A DNA stretch of 64,000 nucleotides from the human T2T-CHM13v2.0 reference genome, Homo sapiens. The notes beneath the pieces were generated by a model. The model had not been told where the DNA came from. It was given only the letters and a program-made list of their open reading frames with translations, and did no database searches. Position 1 is the first letter of the stretch. Every line of letters starts with the position of its first letter. The stretch lies in NCBI RefSeq assembly GCF_009914755.1, contig NC_060945.1, one strand, 5' to 3'. The position numbers and the translations under genes are program-made. Positions 15,101 to 29,400 of this stretch are shown piece after piece.

Positions 15101-18100
15101 AATGGAATGAAATGGAATGCAATTGAATAGAATGGAATTGAATCATCCCCCTTGTGGAATGGAATTGAATGGAATGGAATGGAACAGAATGGAATGGAAT
15201 GGAAAGCAATGGAATGGAGTGGAGTGGATTGGAATGGAATGGAATGCAAAGGAATGGAATGTAGTGTAATGGAATGGAATGGAATGGAATCAACCCGAAT
15301 GGAATTGAATGGAATGGAATGGAATGTAGTGAAATGCAATAGAATGGAATTGAATCAACCTGACTGGGAATGGAAAGGAATGGAATGCAGTGGAATGGAA
15401 TGGAATGGAATAGAATGGAATTGAATCAACCCGAGTGGAAAGGAATGGAATGGAATGGAATGGAATGGAATAAAATGGAATGGAATGGAATGGAATGGAA
15501 TGGAATAAAATGGAATGGAATGGAATGGAATAGAATATATTTGAATCAACACTGAGTGGAATGGAATGGAATGGTATGGAATGGAATGGAATGGAATGCA
15601 ATGCAATGGAATAGAATTGAATTGAATCAACCCGAGTGGATTGGAATGGAATGGAATGGAATTTAATGTAATGGAATGGATTGAAATGAATTGGAACGGA
15701 ATGGAATGGATTGGAATTGAATCAACCCGAATGGAATGGAATGGAACAGAAGGGAATTGAATCAACCCGATTGGAATGGAATGGAATGGCTTGAAATGGA
15801 ATGGAATGGAATGGAATAGAATGGAATTTAAAGAATTTAATCAAACCAAGTGGAATGGAATGGATTGGTATGGAATGGAATGGAATGGACTTGAATAAAC
15901 CGGAGTGGAATTTAATGGAATGGAATGGAATGGAATGGAATGGAATGGCATCAACCCGTCTTGAATGGAATGGAATGGAATGGAATGGAACAGATTTGAA
16001 TTGAATCATCCCGAGTGGAATGGAAGGGAGTGGAATGGAAGGGAGTGGAATGGAATGGAATGGAATAGAATGGAATTGAATCAATATGAGTGGAATGGAA
16101 TGGAATGGAATGGAATGACATGGAAAGGAATGGAATGCAATGGAATGGAATAGAATGGAATTTAATCAACCCGAGTGGAATGGAATGGAACGGAATGGCA
16201 TGGAAAGGAAAGGAATGGAATGCATTGGAATGGAAAGGAATCAACAAGAATGGAATGGAATGGAATGGAATGGAATGAAGTGAAATGCAATAGAATGGAA
16301 TTGAATCAACCCGAGTGCAAAGGAATGGAATGAAATGTAATGGAAAGGAAAGGAATAGAATGGAATGGAATGGAATGGAATGGAATGGAATGGAATTGAT
16401 TTGAATTAAGCTGAATGGAATGGAATGGAATGGAATAGAATGGAATTGAATCAACACGACTGTAATGGAATGGAATGGAATGCAATGCAATGGAATGGAA
16501 TGGAATGGAATAGAATGGATTTGAATCAACTCCGATTGGAATGCAATAGAATGGTATACAGTGGAATGGAGTGGAATCGAATAGAATGGAATTGAATCAA
16601 CCCGAGTGGAATGGAATGGAATGGAATGGAATGGAATGGAATGGAATGGAATGGAATAGAATGGAATGAATCAACCCAAGTGGAATGGAATGGCATGGAA
16701 TAGAAAGGAATTGAAGGGAGTGGAATAGAATGGAATGGAATTGAATAGAATGCAATGTAATGGAATGTAATAGAATGGAATTGAATCAAACCCTGTGCAA
16801 TGGAATTGAATGGAATGGAATGCAGTGGAATAGAATGGAATGGAATGGAATAGAATGGAATTGATTAAACTCGAGTGGAATGGAAAGTAATGGTGTGGAA
16901 TTGAATGAAATGGTATGGAATGGAGTGGTATGGAATAGAATGGAATGGAATGGAAGGGAATAGAATGGAATTGAATCACCCAAATGGAATGGAATGGAAT
17001 GGAATGGAATGGAATAGATTGGAATGGAATAGAATGGAATTGAATCAACCTGAGTAGAATGCAATGGAATGGAAAGGAATGGAATGGAATGGAATGGAAT
17101 GGAATCAACCCGAGTGGTATGGAATGCAATGGAGTGGAATGGAATCGAAGGGAATACAATGGAATTAAATTAACCCGAGTGTAATGGAATGGAACGGAAA
17201 GGAATGGAATAGAATGGAATTCAATCAACCCAAGTGGAATGGAATGGAATTAAATGGAATGGAATTGAACGCAATGAAATGTAATGGAATGGCATGGAAT
17301 GGAATGGAGTGGAATGGAATCAACACTAGTGGAATGGAATGGAAAGGTATGGATTGGAACGGAATGGAATGGAATTGAATGGAATGGAATGGCAGGAAAT
17401 GGAATGGAATGGAACAGAATGGAAATGATTTAACACGAGTGTAATGGAATGGAATGGTATGGAATGGAGTGGAATGGAATGGAATGGAATGGAATGCAGT
17501 GGAATAGAATGGAATTGAATCAACCTGAGTGGAACAGAATGGAACGGAATGGAATGGAATGGAATGGAATGGAATGGAATGGAATAGAATGGAATTTAAT
17601 CAACCCGAGTGGAATGGAATGGAATGGAATGCAATGGAATGCATTGGAATGGAATGGATTTGAAAGGAATGGAATCAAAGCGAGTGTAATGGAATGGAAT
17701 GGCATGGAAAGGAATGGAACCAAATGGAATAGAATGAAATTGAATCAACCCAAGTGGAATGGAATAGAATGGAATGGGACGGAATAGAATGGAATGCAAT
17801 GGAATGGAATGGAATATAGTAGAATCGAATTGAATCAACCCGTGTGGAATACAATGGAATGGAATGCAGTGACATGGAATGGAATGGCATGTAATGGAAT
17901 GGAATAGAATGGAATTGAATCAACCCGAGTATAATGGAATGTAATGCAATAAAATGGCATGGAATGGAATGGCATGTAATGGAATGGAATAGAGTGGAAT
18001 GGAATCAACCCAAGTGGAATGTAATGGAAAGGAACGGAATGGAATGGAATGGAATGGAAACAACCCGAATGGAGTGGAATGGAATGGAATGGAATGGAAT

Positions 18101-18779
18101 GGAAGGGAATGGAATGGAATGGAGTGAAATGCAATAGAACGGAATTGAAGCAATCCGAGTGGAATGGAATGGAATGGAATGGAATGGAATGGAATGGACT
18201 GGAATGGAATGTAATGCAATAGAATGGAATTGAACTAATATGAGTGGAATGGAATGGAATGGAATGGAATAGAATGGAATTGAATCAACTGGAATGGAAT
18301 GTAATGGAATGGAATGGAAAGGAATGGAATGGATTGGAATGGAATGGAACTGAATCAACCCGAGGGTAATGGAATGTAATGAAATGTAATGGAATGGAAT
18401 GGATTGGAATGCAATGGAATGGAATGGAATGGAATGCAATGGAACGGAAGAGATTGGAAATGAATCAACACCAGTGTAATGGAATGGAATGGAATGGAAT
18501 GGAATGGAATGGAATGGAATGGATTTGAGTGGAATGGAATAGAATGCAATTGAATCAACCGGAGTGCAATATAATGGAAAGGAATGGAATGGAATGGAAT
18601 GGAATGGAATGGAATGGAATGGAATAGAGTGGAATGGAATGGAATGGAATAGAGTGGAATTGAAACAAACCGAGTGGAACGGAATGGAATGGAATGGAAT
18701 GGAATATAATGGAACTGAATCAAACCGAGGGGAACGGAATGGAATGGAATGGAATAGAATGGCATGGAATGGAATGGAG

Positions 18780-20330
18780 TGGAGTAGACTGGATATGAAA
18801 CAAACCGAGTGGAATAGAATGGAATGGAATGGAATAGAATTGAATTGAAACAAACCGAGTGGAATGGAATGGAATGCAATGGAATGGAATGGAATGGAAC
18901 TTAATAGAATGGAATTGAATCAACGCACGTGGAATGGAATGGAATGGATTGGAATGAAATGGAATGGATTGGAGTGGAATGTAATAGAACGCAATTGAAA
19001 CAACCCGATTGGAAAGGAATGGAAAGGAATGGAATGGAATGGAACAGAATGCAATTGAATCAAGCAGGAAGGAATACAATGGAATGGAGTTGAATAGAAT
19101 GGAATGGAAAATAATGGAATTGAATCAACCTGAGTGGAATGGAATGGAATGGAAAGGAATGGAATGGAATGGAACGGAGTGGAATACAAAGGAATTCAAT
19201 CAACCCAAGTGGAATGGAATGGAATGAAATGGAATGGAATGGGATGGAATGAAATTGAATGGAATGGAATGGAATCAACCCGAGTGGAATGGAATGCAAA
19301 GGAATGCATTGGAATGCAATGGCAGGGAATTGAATGGAGTGGAAATGAATGGAATGGAGTGGAATGGAATAGAATGGAATTGAATCATCTCATGTGGAAT
19401 GGAATGGAATGGAATGGAACGGATTGCATTGGAATTCAACGGATTTGAGTGGAATGAAATAGAATGCAGTTGAATCAAAACGAATGGAATGAAATGGAAT
19501 GGAAAGGTATGGAATGGAAGAGAATGTAATTGAATCAACTTGAGTGGAATGGAATGGAATGGAAAAGAATAGAATGGAATGGAATAGAATGGAATAGAAT
19601 CAAACTGAGTGGAATGGAATGGAATGGAAAGGAATGGAATGGAATACAATAAACCCAAGTGGAATGGAATGGAATGAAATGGAATGGAAGGGAATGGAAT
19701 ACAACGAAATGGAATGAATGGAATGGAATGGAATGGAAAGGAATGGAATGGAATGGATTGGAATAGAAAGAATTGAATCAATCCGAGTGGAATGGAATGT
19801 AGTGGAATGGAATGGAATGGAATGGAATGGAATGGAGTGGAGTAGATTGGATATGAAACAAACCGAGTGGAATGGAATGGAATGGAATGGAATGGAATGG
19901 AATGGAATAGAATTGAACTGAAACAAACCGAGTGGAATGGAATGGAATGCAATGGAATGGAATGGAATGGAATGGAATAGAATGGAATTGAATCAACGCA
20001 TGTGGAATGGAATGGAATGGATTGGAATGAAATGGAATGCATTGGAGTGGAATGTAATAGAACGCAGTTGAAACAATCCGATTGGAATGGAATGCAATGG
20101 AACAGAATGCAATTGAATCAACCAGGAAGGAATACAATGGAATGGAGTTTAATAGAATGGAATGGAAACTAATGGAATTGAATCAACCTTAGTGGAATGG
20201 AATGGAATGGAAAAGAATAGAATGGAATGGAATAGAATGGAATAGAATCAAACTGAGTGGAATGGAATGGAATGGAAAGGAACGGAATGGAATGGAATGG
20301 AATGGAATGGAATGGAATGGAACGGAACGG
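18780..20330 (+). repeat. Older ~1.06 kb duplication within HSat3
   Basis: AGTAGA(C/T)TGGATATGAAACAAACCGAG at ~18783 and ~19841; CAGGAAGGAATACAATGGAATGGAGTT at ~19065 and ~20123. Confidence 0.7.
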
Positions 20331-23300
20331 AAAGGAATACAATGGAATACAATCAACCCAAGTGGAATGGAATGGAATGAAATGGAATGGAAGGGAATGG
20401 AATGCAATGAAATGGAATGAATGTAATGGAATGGAATGGAAAGGAATGGCATGGAATGGAATGGAAAGGAATAGGATGGAATACAATCAACCCATGTGGA
20501 ATGGAATGGAATGAAATGGAATGGAAGGGAACGGAATGCAATGAAATGGAATGAATGGAATGGAATGGAATGGAATGGAATGAAATGGAACGGAATCATC
20601 CCGAGTGGAATGGTTTGCAAATGAATAGAATGGAATGGACTGGAATGGAATGGAATTGAATGGAGTGGAATGGAATGGAATGGAGTGGAATGGAATAGAT
20701 TGGAATGGAATCAAACAGAGTGGAATGGAATGGAATGGAATGGTTGGAATGCAATAGAATGGAATGGAATCAACGTGAATGGAATGGAATTGAATTGAAT
20801 GGAATGCAATTGAATGGAATGCATTCCATTCCCCTCCACTCGAGGGGAATGGAATGGTTTGGAATGGAGTGAATTGCAATAGAAAGGATTTGAATGAACC
20901 CGAGGGCAGTGTAGTGGAATGGAGTGGAATGGAATTGAATGGAGTGGAATTTGGTCAACCCGAGTGTAATGTAATGGAATAGAGTGGAATGGAATGGATT
21001 TGAATTCACCCGACTGGAATGAAATGGAATGGAAAGGAATGGAAGAGAATGGAATGTATTCAACCCGTGTGGAATGGAATGGAATGGAGTGGAAACGAAT
21101 GGAACGGAACAGATAGGAATTGAATTAACCCCTGTGGAATGGAATGGAATGGAGTGGAATCGAATGGAATAGAATGGCGTGGAATAGAAAGGAATTGAAT
21201 TAACCCAAGTGGAATGGAATTGAAAGGAATGGAATGGACTGGAATGGAATGGAATGGAATGGAATAGAATGCAATTGAATCAACCCGAGTGGAATGGAGC
21301 GGAATGAAATGGAATGGAATGGAATGCAATGGAATGCAACGGAAAAGATTGGGACTGATTTAACACGAGTGGAATGGAATGGAATGGTGTGGAATAGAAT
21401 GGAATGCTATGGAATAGAGGGGAATGGAATAGAATGGAATGGAATGGAATGGAGTTGAATGGATTAGAATGGAATTGAATAAACCCTAGTGGAATGGAAT
21501 GGAATGGAAAGGAATTTATTGGAATTGAATCAACTCGAATGGAATTAAATGCAATGGAACGGAATGGAATGGAATTGAATCAACCAAAGTGGAATGGAAT
21601 GGAATGGAATGGAATGGAATGGAATAGAATGGAAAGCAATGAAATGGAAAGGAATGGAATGAAATGGAATGGATTGGAATGGAATCAATCCGAGTGCAAT
21701 GGAATGGAAAGGAATGGAATGAAAAGGAAAGGAATGGAATGGAATGGAAAGGAATGGAATGGAATAGAATGCAATTGAATAAACCCAAGTGGAATGCAAT
21801 GGAATGGAATGGTATGGAAAGGAAAGGAATGGAATGGAATAGAATGGAATGGAATCAAACCGAATGGAATGGAGTGGAATGGAATGAATTGGAATAGAAA
21901 TGTATTGCATTAACATGAGTGGAATGGAATGGAATGGAATGGAATAGAACAGAATGCAATTGAATAAACCCGAGTGGAATGGAATGGAATGGAATAGAAA
22001 GGAATGGAATGGAATAGAATGGATTTGAATCAACCCCGAGTGGAACAGAATGGGATGGGATGGAATGGAATGGAATGGAATGGAAAGGAAATGAATGGAG
22101 TGGAATAGAATGGAATGGAATGGAATTGAATGGAAAGGACTGGAATGGAACAGATAGGAATTGAAACAACCCCTGTGGAATGGAATGGAATGGAGGGGAA
22201 TCGAATGGAATGGAATGGAGTGGAATAGAAAGGAATTGAATCAACACAAGTGGAATGGAATTGAAAGGAATGGAATGGAATTGAATCAACCCGAGTGGAA
22301 TTGAAGAGAATGGAATGGAATGGAATGGAATGGAATGGAATGCAATGGAATAGAATGGAATTGAATCAACCCACGTGGTATGGAATGGAATGGAATGGAA
22401 AGGAATGGAATGGAGTGGAATAGAACGGAATGGAATGGAATGGAATGGAATACAATGGAATAGAATGCAATAGAATGGAATTAAATCAACTCCCTTGTGA
22501 AATGGAAGGGAATGGAATTGAATGGAATGGAATGGAATGGAGTGCAGTGGAATGGAATGGAAGGGAATGGAAAGGAAAGGAATGTAATGTAATGTAATGG
22601 AATGGAATCAACACGAATGGAATCAATGGAATTGAATGGAATGGAATAGAACGTAGTGAAATACAAGGGAGTGGAATTGAATCAACCCGACTGTAAAGGA
22701 ATGGAATGGAATGGAACGGAATAGAATTGAATTAAATTAACCTGAGTGGAATGGAATGGAAGGGAATGGAGTGGAATGGAATGGAATGGAATAGAATGGA
22801 ATTCAATCAACCCGAGTGGAATGTAATGTAATGGAATGGAATGGAATAGAATGGATTTGAATTAACACCGAGTGGAATGTGATGGAATGGTATGGAATGG
22901 CATGGAATGGAATGGAATGGAATGTAATTGAATGGAATGGAATAGAATGGAATTGAATCAACCAGAGTGGAATGGAATATAATGGAATGGAATGGAATGG
23001 AATGGAATGGAATGGAATGAAATGGAACAAACCCGAGTGGAATGGAATGGAATGGAATGGAATGGAATGGAATGGAATGGAACGGAATGGAATAGACTGG
23101 AATTCATTTAAAGCGAGTTTAATGGAATGGAATGGTTTGGAATGGAATGGAATGGAATGGAATGGAATGGAATGGAATGGAATGGAATATAATGGTATTT
23201 AATCCACCAGAGTGGATTGGAATGGAATGGAATGGAATGGAATGGAATGGAATGGAATGGAATGGAATGGAATGGAATTGAATGCAATGGAACAGAATGG

Positions 23301-23429
23301 AATCGAATCAACCCGAGAGGAATGGAATTGAATGGAATGGAATGGAATGGAATGGAATATAATGGAATTGAGTCAACCGGAGTGGAATTGAATGGAATGG
23401 AATGGAATGGAATGGAATGGAATTGAATG

Positions 23430-26400
23430 AAATGGAATGGATTGGTATAGAATGGAATTTAAACTACTCGATTGGAATGGAATGGAATGGAATGGAAAGG
23501 AATGGAATGGAATGGAATAGAATTGAATGGAATCAACCCGAGTGGAATGGAATGGAATGGAATGCAATGGAATAGAATGGAATTGAATCAACCCGTGTGG
23601 AATGGAATCGATTGGAATGGAATGGAATGGAATGGAATGGAATGGAATGGAATGGAATAGAATGGAATTGAATCAACCCGAGTGAAAAGGAATGGAGTGG
23701 AATGGAATGGAAAGGAATGGAATGGAATGGAATGGAATGGAATGGAAATGAATCAACCCGAGTGGGTTTCAATGGAATGGAATGAAAGGAAGGGAATGGA
23801 GGGGAATGGAATAGAATGGAATCGAATGGAAAGGAAAGTAATGGAATCTACCCGAGTAGAATGGAATGGAATGGAATGGAATGGAATGGAATAGAATGGA
23901 ATTGAATCAACCCGAGCAGAATGGAACGGAATGGAATTGAATGGAAAGGAATGGAATGGAATGGCATAGAATGGAATTGAATCAACCGAAATGGAATGGA
24001 ATGGAATGGAATGGAGTGGAATGGAATGGAATGGAATGGAATAGAATGGAATTGAATGAACATGAGCGGAATGGAATGGAATGGAATGGAATGGAATGGA
24101 ATTGAATCAATCCGAGTGGAGTGGAATGGAATGGCATGGAATGGAATGGAATGGAATGGAATGGAGTTAAATGGAATGCAATGGAATAGAATGGAATTGA
24201 ATCAACCAGTGTGGAATGGAATGGAATGGAATGGAATGGAATGGAATGGAATGGAGAGGAATGGAATAGAATGGAACTGAATCAACCCGAGTGGAAAGGA
24301 ATGTAATGGAATGGAATTAAATGGAAGTGAATCAACCCGAGTGGAATTAAATGGAATGGAATGGAAAGGAAGAGAATGGAATGGAATCGAATGGAAAGGA
24401 AAGTAATGGAATCGACCCGAGTAGAATGGAATGGAATGGAATGGAATAGAATGGAATTGAATCAACCCGAGTGGAATTGAACGGAATGGAATAGAATGGA
24501 ATAGAATAGAATTGAATTAACCTGAGTGGAATGGAATGGAAAAGAATGGAGTGGAATGGAATGGAATGGAATGGAATAGAATGGAATTGAATCAAGCCGA
24601 GAGGAATGTAATGTAATGTAATGGAATGGAATAGAATGGATTTGAATCAACACCGAGTGGAATGGTATGGAATGGTATGGAATGGAATGGAACGGAATGT
24701 AACTGAATGGAACGGATTAGAAAGGAATTGAATCAACCCGAGTGGAATGGAATGGAATGGAATGCAATGGAATGAAAGAGACTGGAATTCATTTAGACGG
24801 AGTTTAATGGAATGGAATGGTATGGAATGGAATGGTATGGAATGGAATGGAATGGAATGGAATGGAATGGAATGGAATGGAATATAATGGTATTTAATCA
24901 ACCCGAGTGGATCGGAATGGAATGGAATGGAATGGAACAGAATGGAATCGAATCAACCCGAGAGGAATGGAATTGAATGGAATGGAATGGAATGGAATGG
25001 AATATAATGGAATTGAGTCAACCGGAGTGGAATGGAATGGAATGGAATGGAATTGAATGAAATGGAATGGACTGGTATAGAATGGAGTTGAAACTACTCG
25101 ATTGGAATAGAATGGAATGGAATGGAATAGAATTGAATGGAATCAAACCGAGTGGAATGGAATGGAATGGAATGGAATGGAATGGAATGGAATGGAATGG
25201 AATAGAGGTAAATGGAATGCAATGGAACAGAATGGAATTGAGTCAACGCGTATGGAATGGAATGGATTGGAATGGAATGGAATGGAATGGAATAGAATGG
25301 AATTGAATCAACCCGAGTGGAAAGGAATGGAATGGAATGGAATGGAATGGAACGGAAATGAATCAACCCGAGTGGAATTCATTGGAATGGAATGGAAAAG
25401 AAGGGAATGGAGTGTAATGGAATGGAATGGAATCGAATGGAAAGGAAAGTAATGGAATCTACCCGAGTAGAATGGAATGGAATGGAATAGAACGGAATTG
25501 AATCAACCCGAGCAGAATGGAATGGAACGGAATGGAGTGGAAGGGAATGGAGTGGAATGGAATGGAATGAACACGAGTGGAATGGAATGGAATGGAATGG
25601 AATGGAATGGAATGGTTTAGAATGGAATTGAGTCAATCCAGGTGGAATGGAATGGAATGGCATGGAATGGAATAGAATGGAACTGAATCAACCCGAGTGG
25701 AATGGAATGGAATGGAATGGCATGGAATGGAATGGAAGGGAATGGAATGGAATGGAATGGAATGCAATGGAATTGAATCAACCCGAGTGAAATGGAATGG
25801 AATGGAATGGAAAGCGAAGGGATGGAATGGAATGGAATGGAATGGAATCAACCCGAATGGAATGCAGTGGAATAGAATGCTATGGGGTGGAATGGAATGG
25901 AATGGATTGCAATGTAATGAAATGCAATAGAATGGAATTGAATCAACCCAAGTGGAATGGAATGGAATGCAATGGAATGGAATCGAATGCGATAGAATTG
26001 AATTGAATTAACCTGAATGGAATGGAATGGAATGGAATGCAATGGAATGGAATTGAATCAACCCGAGTGGAATGGAATGGATTGGAATGGAATGGAAGGG
26101 AATGGAATGGAATAGAAATGAACCAACCCGAGTGGAATGGAATGGAAAGGAATGGAATGTAATGGAATGCAATGGAATGCAATGGAATGGAATGGAATGG
26201 AATGGAATGGAATGGAATGGAATGGATTGGAATGTGGTGGAATGGAATAGACTGGAGTTGAATCAACCCGAGTGGAATGGAATGGAATGAAATGGAATGG
26301 AATGGAATCAACCCGAGTGGAAAGGAATGGAATGGAATACAATTCAATGGAATGGAATGGAATGGAATGGAATCAACCCGAATGGAATGGAATGGAATTG

Positions 26401-29400
26401 AATGGAATGGAATGGAATAAAGTGGAATGGAATTTAATTAACCTTAGTGGAATGCAATGGAATGGATTGGAATGGAATGGAATGGAATGGAATCAATCCC
26501 AGTGGAATGGAAAGGCATGGATTGGAATGGAATAGAATGGAATGCAATGGAATGGAATGGAATGGAATGGAATGGATTGGAATGCAATGGAATGGAATGG
26601 AATGGAATGGAATGGAATGGATTGGAATGCAATGGAATGGAATGGAATGGAATGGATTGGAATGTAATGGAATGGTGTAGAATGGAATTGAAACAACTCG
26701 ATTGGAATGCAGTGGAATGTAATGGAATGGAATGGAATGGAATGGAATGGAATGGAATGGATTGGAATGGAATAGAATGGGATTGTATCCACCCGAATGG
26801 AATGGAATTGAATGGAATGGAATGGTATGCAATGGAAAAGAATGGAATTGAATCAACCCGTCTGGAATGGCATGGAATGGAAGGGAATGGAATGGAATGG
26901 AAGGGAATGGAAAGGAATAGAATGCAATTGAATCAACTCGAATGGAATGGAATGGAATGGAATCGAATTGAATCAACCCGAGTGGAATGGAATGGAATGG
27001 AACAGAATGGAATGGAATGGAATGGAAAGGAATGGAATAGAACGGAATTGAATCAACCTGAGTGGAATGGAAAGCAATGGAATGGAATGGAGTGGAATGG
27101 AATGGAATGGAGTGGAATGGAATGGAACGGATTGGAATGGAATGGAATGGAATGGAACGGATTGGAATGGAATGGAATGGAATGGAATGTATTTGAATGG
27201 AATTGAATCAACCCGAGTGGAATGGAATGGAATAGCATGGAATGGAATGGAATAGAATGGAATGGAATGGAATGGAATGGAATGGAATGGAATGGAATGG
27301 AATGAAATGGAATGGATTGGTATAGAATGGAATTTAAACTACTCGATTGGAATGGAATGGAATGGAATGGAAAGGAATGGAATGGAATGGAATAGAATTG
27401 AATGGAATCAACCCGAGTGGAATGGAATGGAATGGAATGGAATGGAATGCAATGGAATAGAATGGAATTGAATCAACCCGTGTGGAATGGAATCGATTGG
27501 AATGGAATGGAATGGAATGGAATGGAATGGAATGGAATGGAATAGAATGGAATTGAATCAACCCGAGTGAAAAGGAATGGAGTGGAATGGAATGGAAAGG
27601 AATGGAATGGAATGGAATGGAATGGAATGGAAATGAATCAACCCGAGTGGGTTTCAATGGAATGGAATGAAAGGAAGGGAATGGAGGGGAATGGAATAGA
27701 ATGGAATCGAATGGAAAGGAAAGTAATGGAATCTACCCGAGTAGAATGGAATGGAATGGAATGGAATGGAATGGAATAGAATGGAATTGAATCAACCCGA
27801 GCAGAATGGAACGGAATGGAATTGAATGGAAAGGAATGGAATGGAATGGCATAGAATGGAATTGAATCAACCGAAATGGAATGGAATGGAATGGAATGGA
27901 GTGGAATGGAATGGAATGGAATGGAATAGAATGGAATTGAATGAACATGAGCGGAATGGAATGGAATGGAATGGAATGGAATGGAATTGAATCAATCCGA
28001 GTGGAGTGGAATGGAATGGCATGGAATGGAATGGAATGGAATGGAATGGAGTTAAATGGAATGCAATGGAATAGAATGGAATTGAATCAACCAGTGTGGA
28101 ATGGAATGGAATGGAATGGAATGGAATGGAATGGAATGGAGAGGAATGGAATAGAATGGAACTGAATCAACCCGAGTGGAAAGGAATGTAATGGAATGGA
28201 ATTAAATGGAAGTGAATCAACCCGAGTGGAATTAAATGGAATGGAATGGAAAGGAAGAGAATGGAATGGAATCGAATGGAAAGGAAAGTAATGGAATCGA
28301 CCCGAGTAGAATGGAATGGAATGGAATGGAATAGAATGGAATTGAATCAACCCGAGTGGAATTGAACGGAATGGAATAGAATGGAATAGAATAGAATTGA
28401 ATTAACCTGAGTGGAATGGAATGGAAAAGAATGGAGTGGAATGGAATGGAATGGAATGGAATAGAATGGAATTGAATCAAGCCGAGAGGAATGTAATGTA
28501 ATGTAATGGAATGGAATAGAATGGATTTGAATCAACACCGAGTGGAATGGTATGGAATGGTATGGAATGGAATGGAACGGAATGTAACTGAATGGAACGG
28601 ATTAGAAAGGAATTGAATCAACCCGAGTGGAATGGAATGGAATGGAATGCAATGGAATGAAAGAGACTGGAATTCATTTAGACGGAGTTTAATGGAATGG
28701 AATGGTATGGAATGGAATGGTATGGAATGGAATGGAATGGAATGGAATGGAATGGAATGGAATGGAATATAATGGTATTTAATCAACCCGAGTGGATCGG
28801 AATGGAATGGAATGGAATGGAACAGAATGGAATCGAATCAACCCGAGAGGAATGGAATTGAATGGAATGGAATGGAATGGAATGGAATATAATGGAATTG
28901 AGTCAACCGGAGTGGAATGGAATGGAATGGAATGGAATTGAATGAAATGGAATGGACTGGTATAGAATGGAGTTGAAACTACTCGATTGGAATAGAATGG
29001 AATGGAATGGAATAGAATTGAATGGAATCAAACCGAGTGGAATGGAATGGAATGGAATGGAATGGAATGGAATGGAATGGAATGGAATAGAGGTAAATGG
29101 AATGCAATGGAACAGAATGGAATTGAGTCAACGCGTATGGAATGGAATGGATTGGAATGGAATGGAATGGAATGGAATAGAATGGAATTGAATCAACCCG
29201 AGTGGAAAGGAATGGAATGGAATGGAATGGAATGGAACGGAAATGAATCAACCCGAGTGGAATTCATTGGAATGGAATGGAAAAGAAGGGAATGGAGTGT
29301 AATGGAATGGAATGGAATCGAATGGAAAGGAAAGTAATGGAATCTACCCGAGTAGAATGGAATGGAATGGAATAGAACGGAATTGAATCAACCCGAGCAG

